This document shows, one piece after another, positions 19,927 through 29,080 of a stretch of 56,953 bases of DNA; within the stretch, counting starts at the first letter, position 1; each line of letters starts with the position of its first letter. The stretch comes from a virus. Lineage: Duplodnaviria > Caudoviricetes. Made by a program: the position numbers and the translations under genes. Below the pieces are notes generated by a model. It worked only from the letters and a program-made list of their open reading frames with translations. It searched no databases and was not told where the DNA came from. The stretch covers positions 1 to 56,953 of the IMG/VR virus record IMGVR_UViG_3300031746_000022, one strand, 5' to 3'.

Positions 19927-20625
19927 TTAGTTTTTTATATCATCAATAATTTTATCTTTAATTGTAATAGTCACAGAACGTTCCACTTCTTTATTTTCTT
20001 TATTTGCTTTAACATCTCCAAATAATTTGTCTGCCAAAGAATCATTTTGCACAACATTTTGTTTATAAAAATTACTATTTTTTTGTAAGTCATCTTTATA
20101 ATTTACGAAAATTCCTCTTCGTAATAATTTTTCATCTTTATTCAAAAATGTTTGGCGTAGTATTGTTGGTGAAGCATTTAAAATATCGGATGGCTCTAAT
20201 CTATATCTGACATATAATAGTTCTGATAAATAATCTAATTGTGTTCCAGAATAATCGCAATCTTTCTGATCTATACGCAATGTTTGATCTACAGCATTAC
20301 ATAAAATACGCGTATATGAATCGAGCCAATCTGGTTCTCCAATAAATTCATTACGAATATCATCTGTTGCTACTTTGACTTTAAAAAATAATTTAATTTT
20401 CTCGGCTGTTTTATCATCAATATATGGTTCACTACGTTGATAATATTGTAAGTTTCTACGTGGATTAAATTCGGTATTTTGATTAATGCGCCTTGTATCA
20501 AAAGCGTTTTTAACCAATATTGGAGTAAGATATTTGTGTCTAAACTGTGAATATATAGTACGCATATTACTATTTGCATTAAATTCGCAAATAATCGCAT
20601 AAATATCAAATAAAGAGTTTTGCAA
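19927..20625 (-). CDS. Hypothetical protein
   Basis: 232-aa ORF, TTG start with GGAG RBS. Confidence 0.65.
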   Translation of the reverse strand: MQNSLFDIYAIICEFNANSNMRTIYSQFRHKYLTPILVKNAFDTRRINQNTEFNPRRNLQYYQRSEPYIDDKTAEKIKLFFKVKVATDDIRNEFIGEPDWLDSYTRILCNAVDQTLRIDQKDCDYSGTQLDYLSELLYVRYRLEPSDILNASPTILRQTFLNKDEKLLRRGIFVNYKDDLQKNSNFYKQNVVQNDSLADKLFGDVKANKENKEVERSVTITIKDKIIDDIKN

Positions 20626-20660
20626 AATAAAATCTCCACTATTATACCATTAAAGTATAT

Positions 20661-21155
20661 ATGAAATTTCTTGATTTAATTCTCAATTCTTTCAAAATAC
20701 AAGTAAAATGTCCTATTTGTAATGAAAAATTGATACGAAAATTTCAAACATCTTTCAAAGGAGCGCAATCATCGTCGGTATTTGCGAACTTTCCCGATAA
20801 ACCAGAATATGATTCTATGATTTTTACTAAAGAAATTGGTTCTAATATGAATACTATTGCTGTACCGTCGATATGCGACTTGTTGCAACAATCTCCTCCC
20901 AGCATTCATTTTATGGAAATCGATCATACTTATGTCATTTGTCCCAAAACACATTATTATTTATGGTTTGACGGTAATACATTTGCACCTTCTTCGGAAC
21001 GTTTTATCGTACAAAATCTTGATATTATAATAAAATCTGCAGAAATTCAAGAATTAGGAACTCAATTGCGAATGCCAACTTCTCGTAATTATATATTGGC
21101 TTGTACGCCAGAAGAGATTATAAATAAAGTTCAGAAAGTGATAATGTTACAATGA
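20661..21155 (+). CDS. Hypothetical protein with possible Zn ribbon
   Basis: CPIC...CPKTH; ATGA overlap with RNase HII gene. Confidence 0.6.
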   Translation: MKFLDLILNSFKIQVKCPICNEKLIRKFQTSFKGAQSSSVFANFPDKPEYDSMIFTKEIGSNMNTIAVPSICDLLQQSPPSIHFMEIDHTYVICPKTHYYLWFDGNTFAPSSERFIVQNLDIIIKSAEIQELGTQLRMPTSRNYILACTPEEIINKVQKVIMLQ

Positions 21156-21745
21156 CACATATAATAGGTATAGATGAGGTCGGAACGGGCGCTTGGGCTG
21201 GACCAATTATTATAGGTGGCGTACGTGCTCCTATTAATTGGACTATGCCTGGCTTAAAAGATTCTAAAAAACTTACCAGAGAAACACGAGCCGAACTAAC
21301 CCAACAACTTCACCAACAGCGAGACCAAGGTATTATAGATTTTACAACCTCTATGTCACCTAATGATGAAATAGATAAGTTAGGATTAGGCGTTGTAGCA
21401 AAAATGTGCTATACTACGGCTATTTCTCGTTTATATAAAGATACAGATCAAGTTATTTTGGATGGTAATCTTAATCCTAAACATTTATTAAAATATGGAT
21501 TAAGTATTAATATGGAAAATATGAAGTCTGTAGTTAAAGCAGATGATAAATATCCGGTTGTAATGGCAGCTTCAATTATTGCTAAATATTATCGTGATGA
21601 ATTAATGATTACTTTGGGGCACGGATTTAACCCAGAATATGGTTGGGATAAAAACGTAGGCTATATTGTACCAGATCATAAAGATGCTGTTAGAAAATAT
21701 GGACTATCTTCAATGCATCGTAAAAGCTATAATGTAAAACTATAA
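21152..21745 (+). CDS. rnhB: Ribonuclease HII
   Basis: GIDEVG.G.WAGP, LKDSKKL, ILDG, KAD......AASI.AK..RD, YGW....GY, HRKSY. Confidence 0.92.
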   Translation: MTHIIGIDEVGTGAWAGPIIIGGVRAPINWTMPGLKDSKKLTRETRAELTQQLHQQRDQGIIDFTTSMSPNDEIDKLGLGVVAKMCYTTAISRLYKDTDQVILDGNLNPKHLLKYGLSINMENMKSVVKADDKYPVVMAASIIAKYYRDELMITLGHGFNPEYGWDKNVGYIVPDHKDAVRKYGLSSMHRKSYNVKL

Positions 21746-21967
21746 TTATCGTATAATGATAGGTAATAATGTTTAATAAATTAATTTACATTTGAAGAAT
21801 TACGTACTCATTCTAAAAGATTTTGGATTAAAATTCATCATCTTATAAGAGATGGTAAATCTGAACAATATCGAAAATTACAATTGGCTGGAGTTAGAGC
21901 GCGTTATATATTAGAACCTTTAGCGATACTAGAAAAATAAATCAATTAAATTGCATAATTTAGAGTT

Positions 21968-22825
21968 ATGCGTTCATTACTTTTATCAATACTAGCGGAT
22001 AGCTTTTTATTTAAAACGGCCAAACCATCGTTTAAATATCAAGAATTTGATGATGGTCTCGTTATTAATGGTGATTGTACCGACCCGGATGTTTTTGCTT
22101 TTGTACAAAAATACTTAAAAGGTAAAAGTAAAAAAATACAATTGATGCATACCGATCCTCCTTATTTTGTGCTTGATAAAACATTTCAAGGCAAAGATAC
22201 TTCGTGGGATCAAACAAAAATGTCACAAGAACAAACGTCTGATTGGATGAAGTCTTGGGTCAAATTATGGCTTCCATTAATGTATCCGGGTGCCGCTCTT
22301 TATATTTGGGGTGGAACGGGTGTACCGGCATTCAGACCTTTCTTTGTATTTTGCTCTGATATCGAACACGAGCCAGATGTACAGCTAACTATTGCAAACT
22401 ATATTACTTGGAATAAAAGACGAGCGTTTGGTACAAAGAAAAATTACCTCTATACAAGAGAAGAATGTGTTTATCTTGTTAATGCGCCCGATAATAGTCC
22501 GAGAGTATTTAATATTCCACTAACAGATAAATTGCGTGGCTACGAGGGATTTAATGCTAAATATAAAGCAAAAAGCCCATATCTTCGTAGAACGAATGTA
22601 TGGACAGTTACAGAATTGTTTCAAGGTAAAATACATCCAACAGAAAAGCCCGTAACACTATTAAAAATTCCAATTAATACTTCTTCTAAAAAGAATGATT
22701 ATGTATTGGATTTATTTGGCGGTTCGGGATCGACGGCTTCAGCTGCACGCGAATGTGGTAGAAATTTTATCTTGATTGAAAAAGATCCTACTTATTACAA
22801 AAATATATTAAAAAGATTAAAATGA
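21968..22825 (+). CDS. DNA N6-adenine/N4-cytosine methyltransferase (beta class) with N-terminal leader
   Basis: DPPY precedes HPTEKP and LDLFGGSGST (SAM-binding). Confidence 0.9.
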   Translation: MRSLLLSILADSFLFKTAKPSFKYQEFDDGLVINGDCTDPDVFAFVQKYLKGKSKKIQLMHTDPPYFVLDKTFQGKDTSWDQTKMSQEQTSDWMKSWVKLWLPLMYPGAALYIWGGTGVPAFRPFFVFCSDIEHEPDVQLTIANYITWNKRRAFGTKKNYLYTREECVYLVNAPDNSPRVFNIPLTDKLRGYEGFNAKYKAKSPYLRRTNVWTVTELFQGKIHPTEKPVTLLKIPINTSSKKNDYVLDLFGGSGSTASAARECGRNFILIEKDPTYYKNILKRLK

Positions 22826-23217
22826 ATGACTTAATTAAATTAGCTAATAAATTTTCTAATATTATTGACGAATACGAATCAACCGAAGAAGAAGTTGAAG
22901 CGCTTGAAAATTATGTTAGAAAAACTCCAGAATTTGAAAAATGGAAAAAAGAAAATATTGATTTGCCAAGTTGGGCACAAAAATGGATAGACGAAAATAA
23001 AGAATATAGTAAAATAGTATTTAGAAATTCTAATAGAGAAGAAATGATAGCTAAAATTCAAGATGAAATTAATGAAGATCATAAATTTCAACAATATAAA
23101 AAACATCAAGAAGAAGACAAAGCTATATCATTAAAACATAAACACGCTCCTAATTATACGCCAAACGTAGTAATACAAGATCCTCTTACGCTTGATGAAG
23201 AAGATTTTGATTTTTAA
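22822..23217 (+). CDS. Acidic protein with putative capsid-targeting leader
   Basis: MNDLIKLANKF leader; ATGA-coupled to MTase. Confidence 0.65.
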   Translation: MNDLIKLANKFSNIIDEYESTEEEVEALENYVRKTPEFEKWKKENIDLPSWAQKWIDENKEYSKIVFRNSNREEMIAKIQDEINEDHKFQQYKKHQEEDKAISLKHKHAPNYTPNVVIQDPLTLDEEDFDF

Positions 23218-23459
23218 ATTAAACGATATGTTAATGGTGTAGGTTCTTGACTTCCTTCCCAATATAAATCTTCAAAACAATCGTAGTCACTACAACCATA
23301 ACGACGCTCATCTTCTTCTATAGAAGTTAGGAGCTTATCTTCTTCCATCTCTTCAAGACTTTCTTCGATGATAATTTTATTTTCTCGACGAGCGGCGGCA
23401 ATACAGGCTTCGTTATCATCCCAATCTAAATAATTTTTATTCGTTCCATATGGAAGCAT
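23214..23459 (-). CDS. Small acidic hypothetical protein
   Basis: 81-aa ORF. Confidence 0.55.
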   Translation of the reverse strand: MLPYGTNKNYLDWDDNEACIAAARRENKIIIEESLEEMEEDKLLTSIEEDERRYGCSDYDCFEDLYWEGSQEPTPLTYRLI

Positions 23460-23511
23460 TTTAATCTCAACATTTATTCAATAAAATGTTTATATATTCG
23501 TGTAATCCAAA

Positions 23512-23838
23512 TTATTTTCTTGTTCGAGTATTTGATTTCATATTACATAATAGCTCCTGATATAGCTTATATTTACGATCTAAATGAATTGTAGAATCTA
23601 CATATATCCAATCAAGAAATTTTTTGACTTGTTGGTTGCCGCTAATAGTTATTCTAATCATATCGTGTTTATGATAAGTATTATGTGATTTGATCTGTAA
23701 GAGTTCATAAATAATGCGAGACATCTTATTGGAAAAATCATTTGAACTAATGATTCGGGCTTGTGCACTTGAACCTCCAGTTGTTTGAAAGCGAACCCCA
23801 CCATCTCCGTCATAATAACCTCTAACGAAATGTCGTAA
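23512..23838 (-). pseudogene. N-terminally truncated LAGLIDADG homing endonuclease
   Basis: Frame extends upstream of the tracked ORF to LRHFVRGYYDGDG, preceded by an in-frame TAG; C-terminus FLDWIY.D..I.LDRKY typical of the family. Confidence 0.75.
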
Positions 23839-23847
23839 CTATAAATA

Positions 23848-23879
23848 CAAAAAGAGCCAAGATTTCTCTTGGCTCTTTT
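23848..23879 (-). terminator. Rho-independent terminator of the major capsid gene
   Basis: Minus strand AAAAGAGCCAAGA-GAAA-TCTTGGCTCTTTTT: perfect stem, GNRA loop, U-tract. Confidence 0.9.
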
Positions 23880-23911
23880 GCTAAACTACTTAAATATCAG
23901 TAGATTATGTA

Positions 23912-24916
23912 TTAGGCTACGCTAACGCTTTTACGCCCAGCAGAAACTCCGCGAGCATTCACTATACCAATTCCGATTATTTCCGACACAACCCAACCGA
24001 GCTTCAATTGCTTGGGCTCATCTGCTGGAAGGACTTCGATATCTTGACGAACTGGCATCACGCCGACGAACTCGGGGTCAGCTGCTGCATACACCGTTCC
24101 GGGTGGAACGATTTTGCTGACGAGGATGTCTGCGCCCCAGATACGAGCATAAAGTCCCGTTTGGAGAACTTCGCGTTGTGTAACGGGATCAACTTCGCCC
24201 GCAGTACCACCACCAGAGCCCCACTTGAGGATATCTGTAAATTCAGAGATGTTCATAAAGTACTTGGTCGTAACCAAGTCCCATTGATCAACCTGTTGTT
24301 TGAGATTGATGAGATCGCGTTTTAAGAGACCTGCATCTGCAATGTCCTGTAGAACGTTATCAACGCCGGCTGCTGCATCAAGAGCGGCGAACACGTTCGC
24401 ATCTTCTTGTGCCATAATTTCCTGACGAGCCTTTTGGACTGCGCGGTCGATGACATTGAATCTACGACGTTTGACTTCTGAAATACGGACCGTGGGATTT
24501 GAAAAGATTTCAAATTCTGGAACCGTAATACGCTCACCGAAAACGCGTGATTCTGGACCTGAGCCGTTGCTTGAGATAACGACGGCTGAAACGTCGATAT
24601 CGCGGTCATATGTTGGCAATGCACCTTGAGCCAAGGGATCAACAACAAGTGCACGACGTGCAATTCCGTGATAATCTAAATTTCGGCGAATTGGATTTGC
24701 CATTGCCTGGGCAAGAGCAATTTTACCCTCTGGGGTCATCATTGCGCGTGAGATAAGCTCATCACGGCGACCGTCAGATGTAACTGAAGAGGTTAATCCC
24801 GTATTAGCGGGAGTATTCTCTTGAAGAGTAGCTGCAAGCTTTGCAATCGTTGAAAGAGCATCTTTAACGCTTGATGCGTTAAGTTCTCCCGAGTTACTAA
24901 ACATTAAATTAGACAT
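23912..24916 (-). CDS. Major capsid protein (HK97-type fold)
   Basis: 334 aa; LAQAMANPIRRNLDY.GIARR, VPEFEI..NP, GLY..IWGADI.VS..VP.GTVY; own 5' hairpin and terminator. Confidence 0.8.
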   Translation of the reverse strand: MSNLMFSNSGELNASSVKDALSTIAKLAATLQENTPANTGLTSSVTSDGRRDELISRAMMTPEGKIALAQAMANPIRRNLDYHGIARRALVVDPLAQGALPTYDRDIDVSAVVISSNGSGPESRVFGERITVPEFEIFSNPTVRISEVKRRRFNVIDRAVQKARQEIMAQEDANVFAALDAAAGVDNVLQDIADAGLLKRDLINLKQQVDQWDLVTTKYFMNISEFTDILKWGSGGGTAGEVDPVTQREVLQTGLYARIWGADILVSKIVPPGTVYAAADPEFVGVMPVRQDIEVLPADEPKQLKLGWVVSEIIGIGIVNARGVSAGRKSVSVA

Positions 24917-24953
24917 TGTTGGTTCCTATGAATTAATTGCCAGTATTACCAGC

Positions 24954-24967
24954 ACCCTCGAAAGGGT
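24954..24967 (-). promoter_or_regulatory. 5'-UTR hairpin (UUCG loop) of capsid mRNA
   Basis: Minus strand ACCCT-TTCG-AGGGT about 40 nt upstream of the ATG. Confidence 0.5.
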
Positions 24968-25051
24968 ATTCTTGAAACTATATCTGAATATTAGTTATAT
25001 TTATAATAAATCGTATTTGCCAATTATAACACATTTATAAGAGAGAGAAAT

Positions 25052-25891
25052 ATGTCCCACCTTATTCGCATTGCTCATAAATTTGCATCAATTTTAAAAA
25101 AGAGCGATGAGCACGATCCATTACTTAAACATCCGGGTCAAGTTGAACAATATATTGACCCTGAAATGACCGAAGAATTAGATGAAATAGTTAAAGATAG
25201 CTTGCATTTAGTTATTCTAATGCAACGTGTTTTTATGGATTTTGGGCAAACCTGTGAAATGGCTGCAGGTGAAAAAAGAGAGTTGGGTTGTAAGCTAGCC
25301 GAACAAGTTTTATTTGAACTTCAAGACATTGAAACAAATTTACAAGATCCCCATTTACTTGAATTTGTATTAAATACTGAAAGCGGCATTTTAGATACCA
25401 TTGCCGAAAGTGTCGCAATGATTGCAATGGTACTCAATCTTGTTAGACCCGCAACAGAAAAAATGCCAGAAGCATTTAAAGATTTAGATCAGCGTGTATT
25501 TAAATGGTTGGATGAATTAAAAGAAAACATTACCAAAATAGCCGATCAATCTATGGGGCAATCCGAATTTATGGAACGTCATTTTGCAGTAGAACCAATG
25601 GGAATGAAAGAACAGGTAGATACTGATGTTGATCAAATTCTTGAAGAAGATATACATCCAGACCATCCAAGCTTTCAGCCAGAATTAGAAACTTGGCATA
25701 GAGAAAATGAGCAAGATGAGGATGATGAGCTTGAAATTAATCCGGCTGGCACTGGTTATGGTCCATTAAGTAGAGATTGGACAGAAGATAAAGAAAGTAA
25801 AAAATATGATGATGATAGTTTTAACTGGAAAGAAAAGAAGAGCATTTCTTCACAGTTCTATAATGCTAATATGTTAATAAAGAAAAAATAA
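25052..25891 (+). CDS. Acidic protein with putative capsid-targeting leader
   Basis: MSHLIRIAHKFASILKKS leader; 279 aa, E/D-rich. Confidence 0.7.
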   Translation: MSHLIRIAHKFASILKKSDEHDPLLKHPGQVEQYIDPEMTEELDEIVKDSLHLVILMQRVFMDFGQTCEMAAGEKRELGCKLAEQVLFELQDIETNLQDPHLLEFVLNTESGILDTIAESVAMIAMVLNLVRPATEKMPEAFKDLDQRVFKWLDELKENITKIADQSMGQSEFMERHFAVEPMGMKEQVDTDVDQILEEDIHPDHPSFQPELETWHRENEQDEDDELEINPAGTGYGPLSRDWTEDKESKKYDDDSFNWKEKKSISSQFYNANMLIKKK

Positions 25892-25900
25892 ATAAATTAT

Positions 25901-27244
25901 CTAAAACAGAATTCCATCATCTTCTTCTGGGGGCAAACGTGCCTTTTCTAATCGGTGCCTTTGATTCATGATTTCTCGTTCGGAGGCGCCTCCGGCGATT
26001 TCCTCCAATCTTCTGTTTTTAGGGATTTTATTTTTTCTTTCCTGTTTTAGTCTTTGTAGTTCGTCGGCCATTTCATCTGAAAATGCTCCAGGATTATTTT
26101 CTACCATCGTATTAAATGAATGACGATCTTGTTCATATTCTTTTTCAAATACTTCAAAATCTTCTTCGGTCCACCAAAAGCTTTCATTAGGAAATAAGTC
26201 TTTCCAGGTAATGCCATCAATAGTAACTTTCGTCTGCCCATCTTCGCTTACAGCATATGGTCTGCCAAAATTACCAAAATCTGCAGGAGGATCTCCTACA
26301 TATTCTATAATAAAATTACGAGCCTCTACCGGATTAGTAAATGATTTGCTAAATCCTGTCATCCTATGATCGCGCGCGGACGGATCGCTTTGATTAATAT
26401 TAACAAGAATACCATCCAAATTTTTTCTTTCAGGATTTGTTAATAAAATGATCTTATAAGCTTCATTAATTTTGGATTGTATAGCAGGATCGCCTCCCAC
26501 ATCTGGATGGTGTTTTTTACTTAATGCTTTATATTTCTGTCTAATATCTTCTAATTTATCATTCTCTTCTATTCCAAGAATTTTTCGTGCTTCTAAAGAT
26601 GATAATTCAGAGGCTAATTTATAAAATGTATTAGACCATTTTAATAAATTACTTATCATATTACTATTGGCTTTTTTTATTTCTTTAAGATATTCTGGCG
26701 GAATAATACCATTTTTAGTATGAATGCTGATATGTGGAACGTCTGGAGCATACAGCCCCCGATCATCAATATCATTGTATAATTTCCATAATTCTTTAGC
26801 TGACATTGCTAAATATTGTTTTAATTCCTTATTAGATAAATAATGATGCCTTTCACCATCTTGCATACCTTCTTGATATGGTTTTAATTCCATTCCAAAA
26901 ATGGAAATATCTGGATGATCTGCTAATAGTTGGGTAAGATTAATTTTTATAGGAATTAATTTATTTTTAAAAACTGGATGTTTTTTTGATACCATATTTA
27001 AATTTGGTATTAATTGAAATACTGCATTGGGTCCAAGTACGGCTGGACGAGAAAAATTATCTTTGAGAGCTTTATTTATTTTATTTTTTAATTTCGTAGA
27101 AGATATGTTTCTACTTTTAGCGGCTAATTCTAATAAATCAGGACGATTTAAAAGAGCCTTGCCGCTATATAATCCGTCATCCATAATGGATTGTATGGCA
27201 TCACGAGATACATAACTATAAACAAAAATATCCCATTTAGCCAT
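25901..27244 (-). CDS. Fusion of a putative ADP-ribosyltransferase-like domain and a DnaJ J-domain
   Basis: J-domain clear: EARKILG...IRQKYKALSKKHHPDVGGD...INEAY; N-terminal Y.YVS...IQSIMDDGL...IPPEYL resembles ART/Tpt1-like phage domains (weaker). Confidence 0.7.
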   Translation of the reverse strand: MAKWDIFVYSYVSRDAIQSIMDDGLYSGKALLNRPDLLELAAKSRNISSTKLKNKINKALKDNFSRPAVLGPNAVFQLIPNLNMVSKKHPVFKNKLIPIKINLTQLLADHPDISIFGMELKPYQEGMQDGERHHYLSNKELKQYLAMSAKELWKLYNDIDDRGLYAPDVPHISIHTKNGIIPPEYLKEIKKANSNMISNLLKWSNTFYKLASELSSLEARKILGIEENDKLEDIRQKYKALSKKHHPDVGGDPAIQSKINEAYKIILLTNPERKNLDGILVNINQSDPSARDHRMTGFSKSFTNPVEARNFIIEYVGDPPADFGNFGRPYAVSEDGQTKVTIDGITWKDLFPNESFWWTEEDFEVFEKEYEQDRHSFNTMVENNPGAFSDEMADELQRLKQERKNKIPKNRRLEEIAGGASEREIMNQRHRLEKARLPPEEDDGILF

Positions 27245-27247
27245 ATA

Positions 27248-28984
27248 TTACCTATAAGTTTTAAGTTCAGCAACCATCTCTTCGTCACCCGGAGTCCAAA
27301 CCGTATTGGGTCCAAATGCTCCTAATATGCGATGAGATAGCTCTGATGAATGGTGTTTGCTAAAAGCATCTCCTTTAGCTACCGCTGCTCGAATTTTTTG
27401 TATAATGTTATTATCTTTAACGAATTTTAATAACTTTTCATTTCTTCCAAATGTTGTTTTACGCTGTTCGCTCTTTCCATATTCCCTATCAATAGCTCCT
27501 AATAAACTATTAACCACCTCTAAATCATCTGTATGTTTAGTAAGCTCTGATAAGGCCACATCTCCTTCGCCTTGCTCATATAGGTAAGATAAAGTATATC
27601 TAATATTATCAGAATTTTGTAATTTACTTGCGGCTAATTTTAGCCCATCAATATCATCTATTAGATTAAAAAACTTAATAATATGCTCATTGGTAATATA
27701 ATCTGGGGAACCTCCCAAATTAATAATATCATGCAAATATTTTAAATAACTTATATCTTCTTTGCACATTTCAATTAACTGTAAAATATTACGATTTGAT
27801 ACGCGTCGTTCTTTAGAGAACACATTTCTCATAATACTACTTAACTCGGGCGTTTCGCCTTCTGTTAAATATTCTAATGCTTCATTACGCGTCTTCTCTT
27901 GGTTACGCACCGCCCTCTCATACATTGATGATATTGTTTCAATATTTTTTGTATAGTAAGGATATTTAAGATCCCACTCTTCTTTAGAAAGTTTTGTCAC
28001 ATCTTGTAATATGGTTTCAAAATATGCTTCTAATTTAGCGGGATCATATTTGCGATACATTTCCTCAAGTGAGGCTTCATCCATACGCCATTTGCCGCGC
28101 TGGGACATTTGGCGAGAAAAATCAACATATTTATCAAGATCTTTTGGATAATAGCCGTGCTCTGAGCCCGAACCACCTACCCACTTATCCCAATCATATA
28201 CATCCATACTGCCATTTAAAGCTTTTAAGGGAGCCGGAATGCCGTGGTCTTGAAGGGTTTTAGCATCTGCTATCATAATATCTTTAGCACTTAATCCCTT
28301 ATTTCCACCACGATTTGAACGAGTATCGGATGCACTATACCAGCCGCCCTCCGCTCCATTAGGTCCAAAACGCAACGGCACGGTGCCCAATAAAATATAC
28401 TTAATTTTATCTACATCTACATTGCCAGCTTCAATAGATTGGTTAATTCTTTCAACTGCCTTGCGCTCATTCTCTCCCGTATAAACATCCACATCGTGTT
28501 TTGTAATTTTAGCTCCACCAGCACCAATGCCAGTTTTAAAAGGATTACTATTAATTGGTTCTAAATTAATGCGGTGATCGACAATAGCAATTACTTTCCA
28601 GTAAGGCGTCATATTCATAGCATAATCGGCTAATTGATCTCCCAGGTGCATTTTATTACCTGCAGGATTATCAGCTTTTAAAATATAAAATCCTTGACTA
28701 TCACGTCTTACATCAGAAAAACGATGCATCCAAACGCCAGCCTCTTGCGCTACATCTTGTAAGAATTTTTGTTCTCGCTTTTCGCTTAACTGATCTTTGC
28801 TTGTAGGTATATTGGTCGTAGGTAAAGAGTGAGTAAGCTCTTCTTTAATTTTATCTTGTTCGCGCTGTTCTTTTTTTTCTTGTAATTTTTGACTTAAATC
28901 AATGACTTTTTTTTCTGCTGGTGCGGCAAGAATGGTCCGACAAGCCATAAAATATAAATAAGCTTTTTTAAAAGAACTTAACAT
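27248..28984 (-). CDS. Large helical protein, putative internal head protein
   Basis: Start moved to ATG 28984 (MLSSFKKAYLYF) because the tracked TTG at 29017 lies in a terminator. Confidence 0.7.
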   Translation of the reverse strand: MLSSFKKAYLYFMACRTILAAPAEKKVIDLSQKLQEKKEQREQDKIKEELTHSLPTTNIPTSKDQLSEKREQKFLQDVAQEAGVWMHRFSDVRRDSQGFYILKADNPAGNKMHLGDQLADYAMNMTPYWKVIAIVDHRINLEPINSNPFKTGIGAGGAKITKHDVDVYTGENERKAVERINQSIEAGNVDVDKIKYILLGTVPLRFGPNGAEGGWYSASDTRSNRGGNKGLSAKDIMIADAKTLQDHGIPAPLKALNGSMDVYDWDKWVGGSGSEHGYYPKDLDKYVDFSRQMSQRGKWRMDEASLEEMYRKYDPAKLEAYFETILQDVTKLSKEEWDLKYPYYTKNIETISSMYERAVRNQEKTRNEALEYLTEGETPELSSIMRNVFSKERRVSNRNILQLIEMCKEDISYLKYLHDIINLGGSPDYITNEHIIKFFNLIDDIDGLKLAASKLQNSDNIRYTLSYLYEQGEGDVALSELTKHTDDLEVVNSLLGAIDREYGKSEQRKTTFGRNEKLLKFVKDNNIIQKIRAAVAKGDAFSKHHSSELSHRILGAFGPNTVWTPGDEEMVAELKTYR

Positions 28985-29015
28985 ACAAGAATGGGAAATA
29001 ATTGATAATAAAAGC

Positions 29016-29046
29016 AAAAAGCCCGAACATTTCTGCTCGAGCTTTT
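29016..29046 (-). terminator. Rho-independent terminator after the decoration-like gene
   Basis: Minus strand AAAAGCTCGAGCA-GAAA-TGTTCGGGCTTTTT; G-U pairs work only on the minus strand. Confidence 0.85.
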
Positions 29047-29080
29047 AGCTAACTATTTAGTCTTTCGACTATTCAGTTAA

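Noticed and set aside
23912-24916. Cellular encapsulin with cargo enzymes
   Set aside because: Terminase, portal, protease and tail genes show a phage head.
28985-29017. Tracked upstream starts for 27248.., 37723.., 50412.., 15735.. and 16202..
   Set aside because: They overlap a terminator, an upstream gene or an HNH relic; downstream ATGs fit better.
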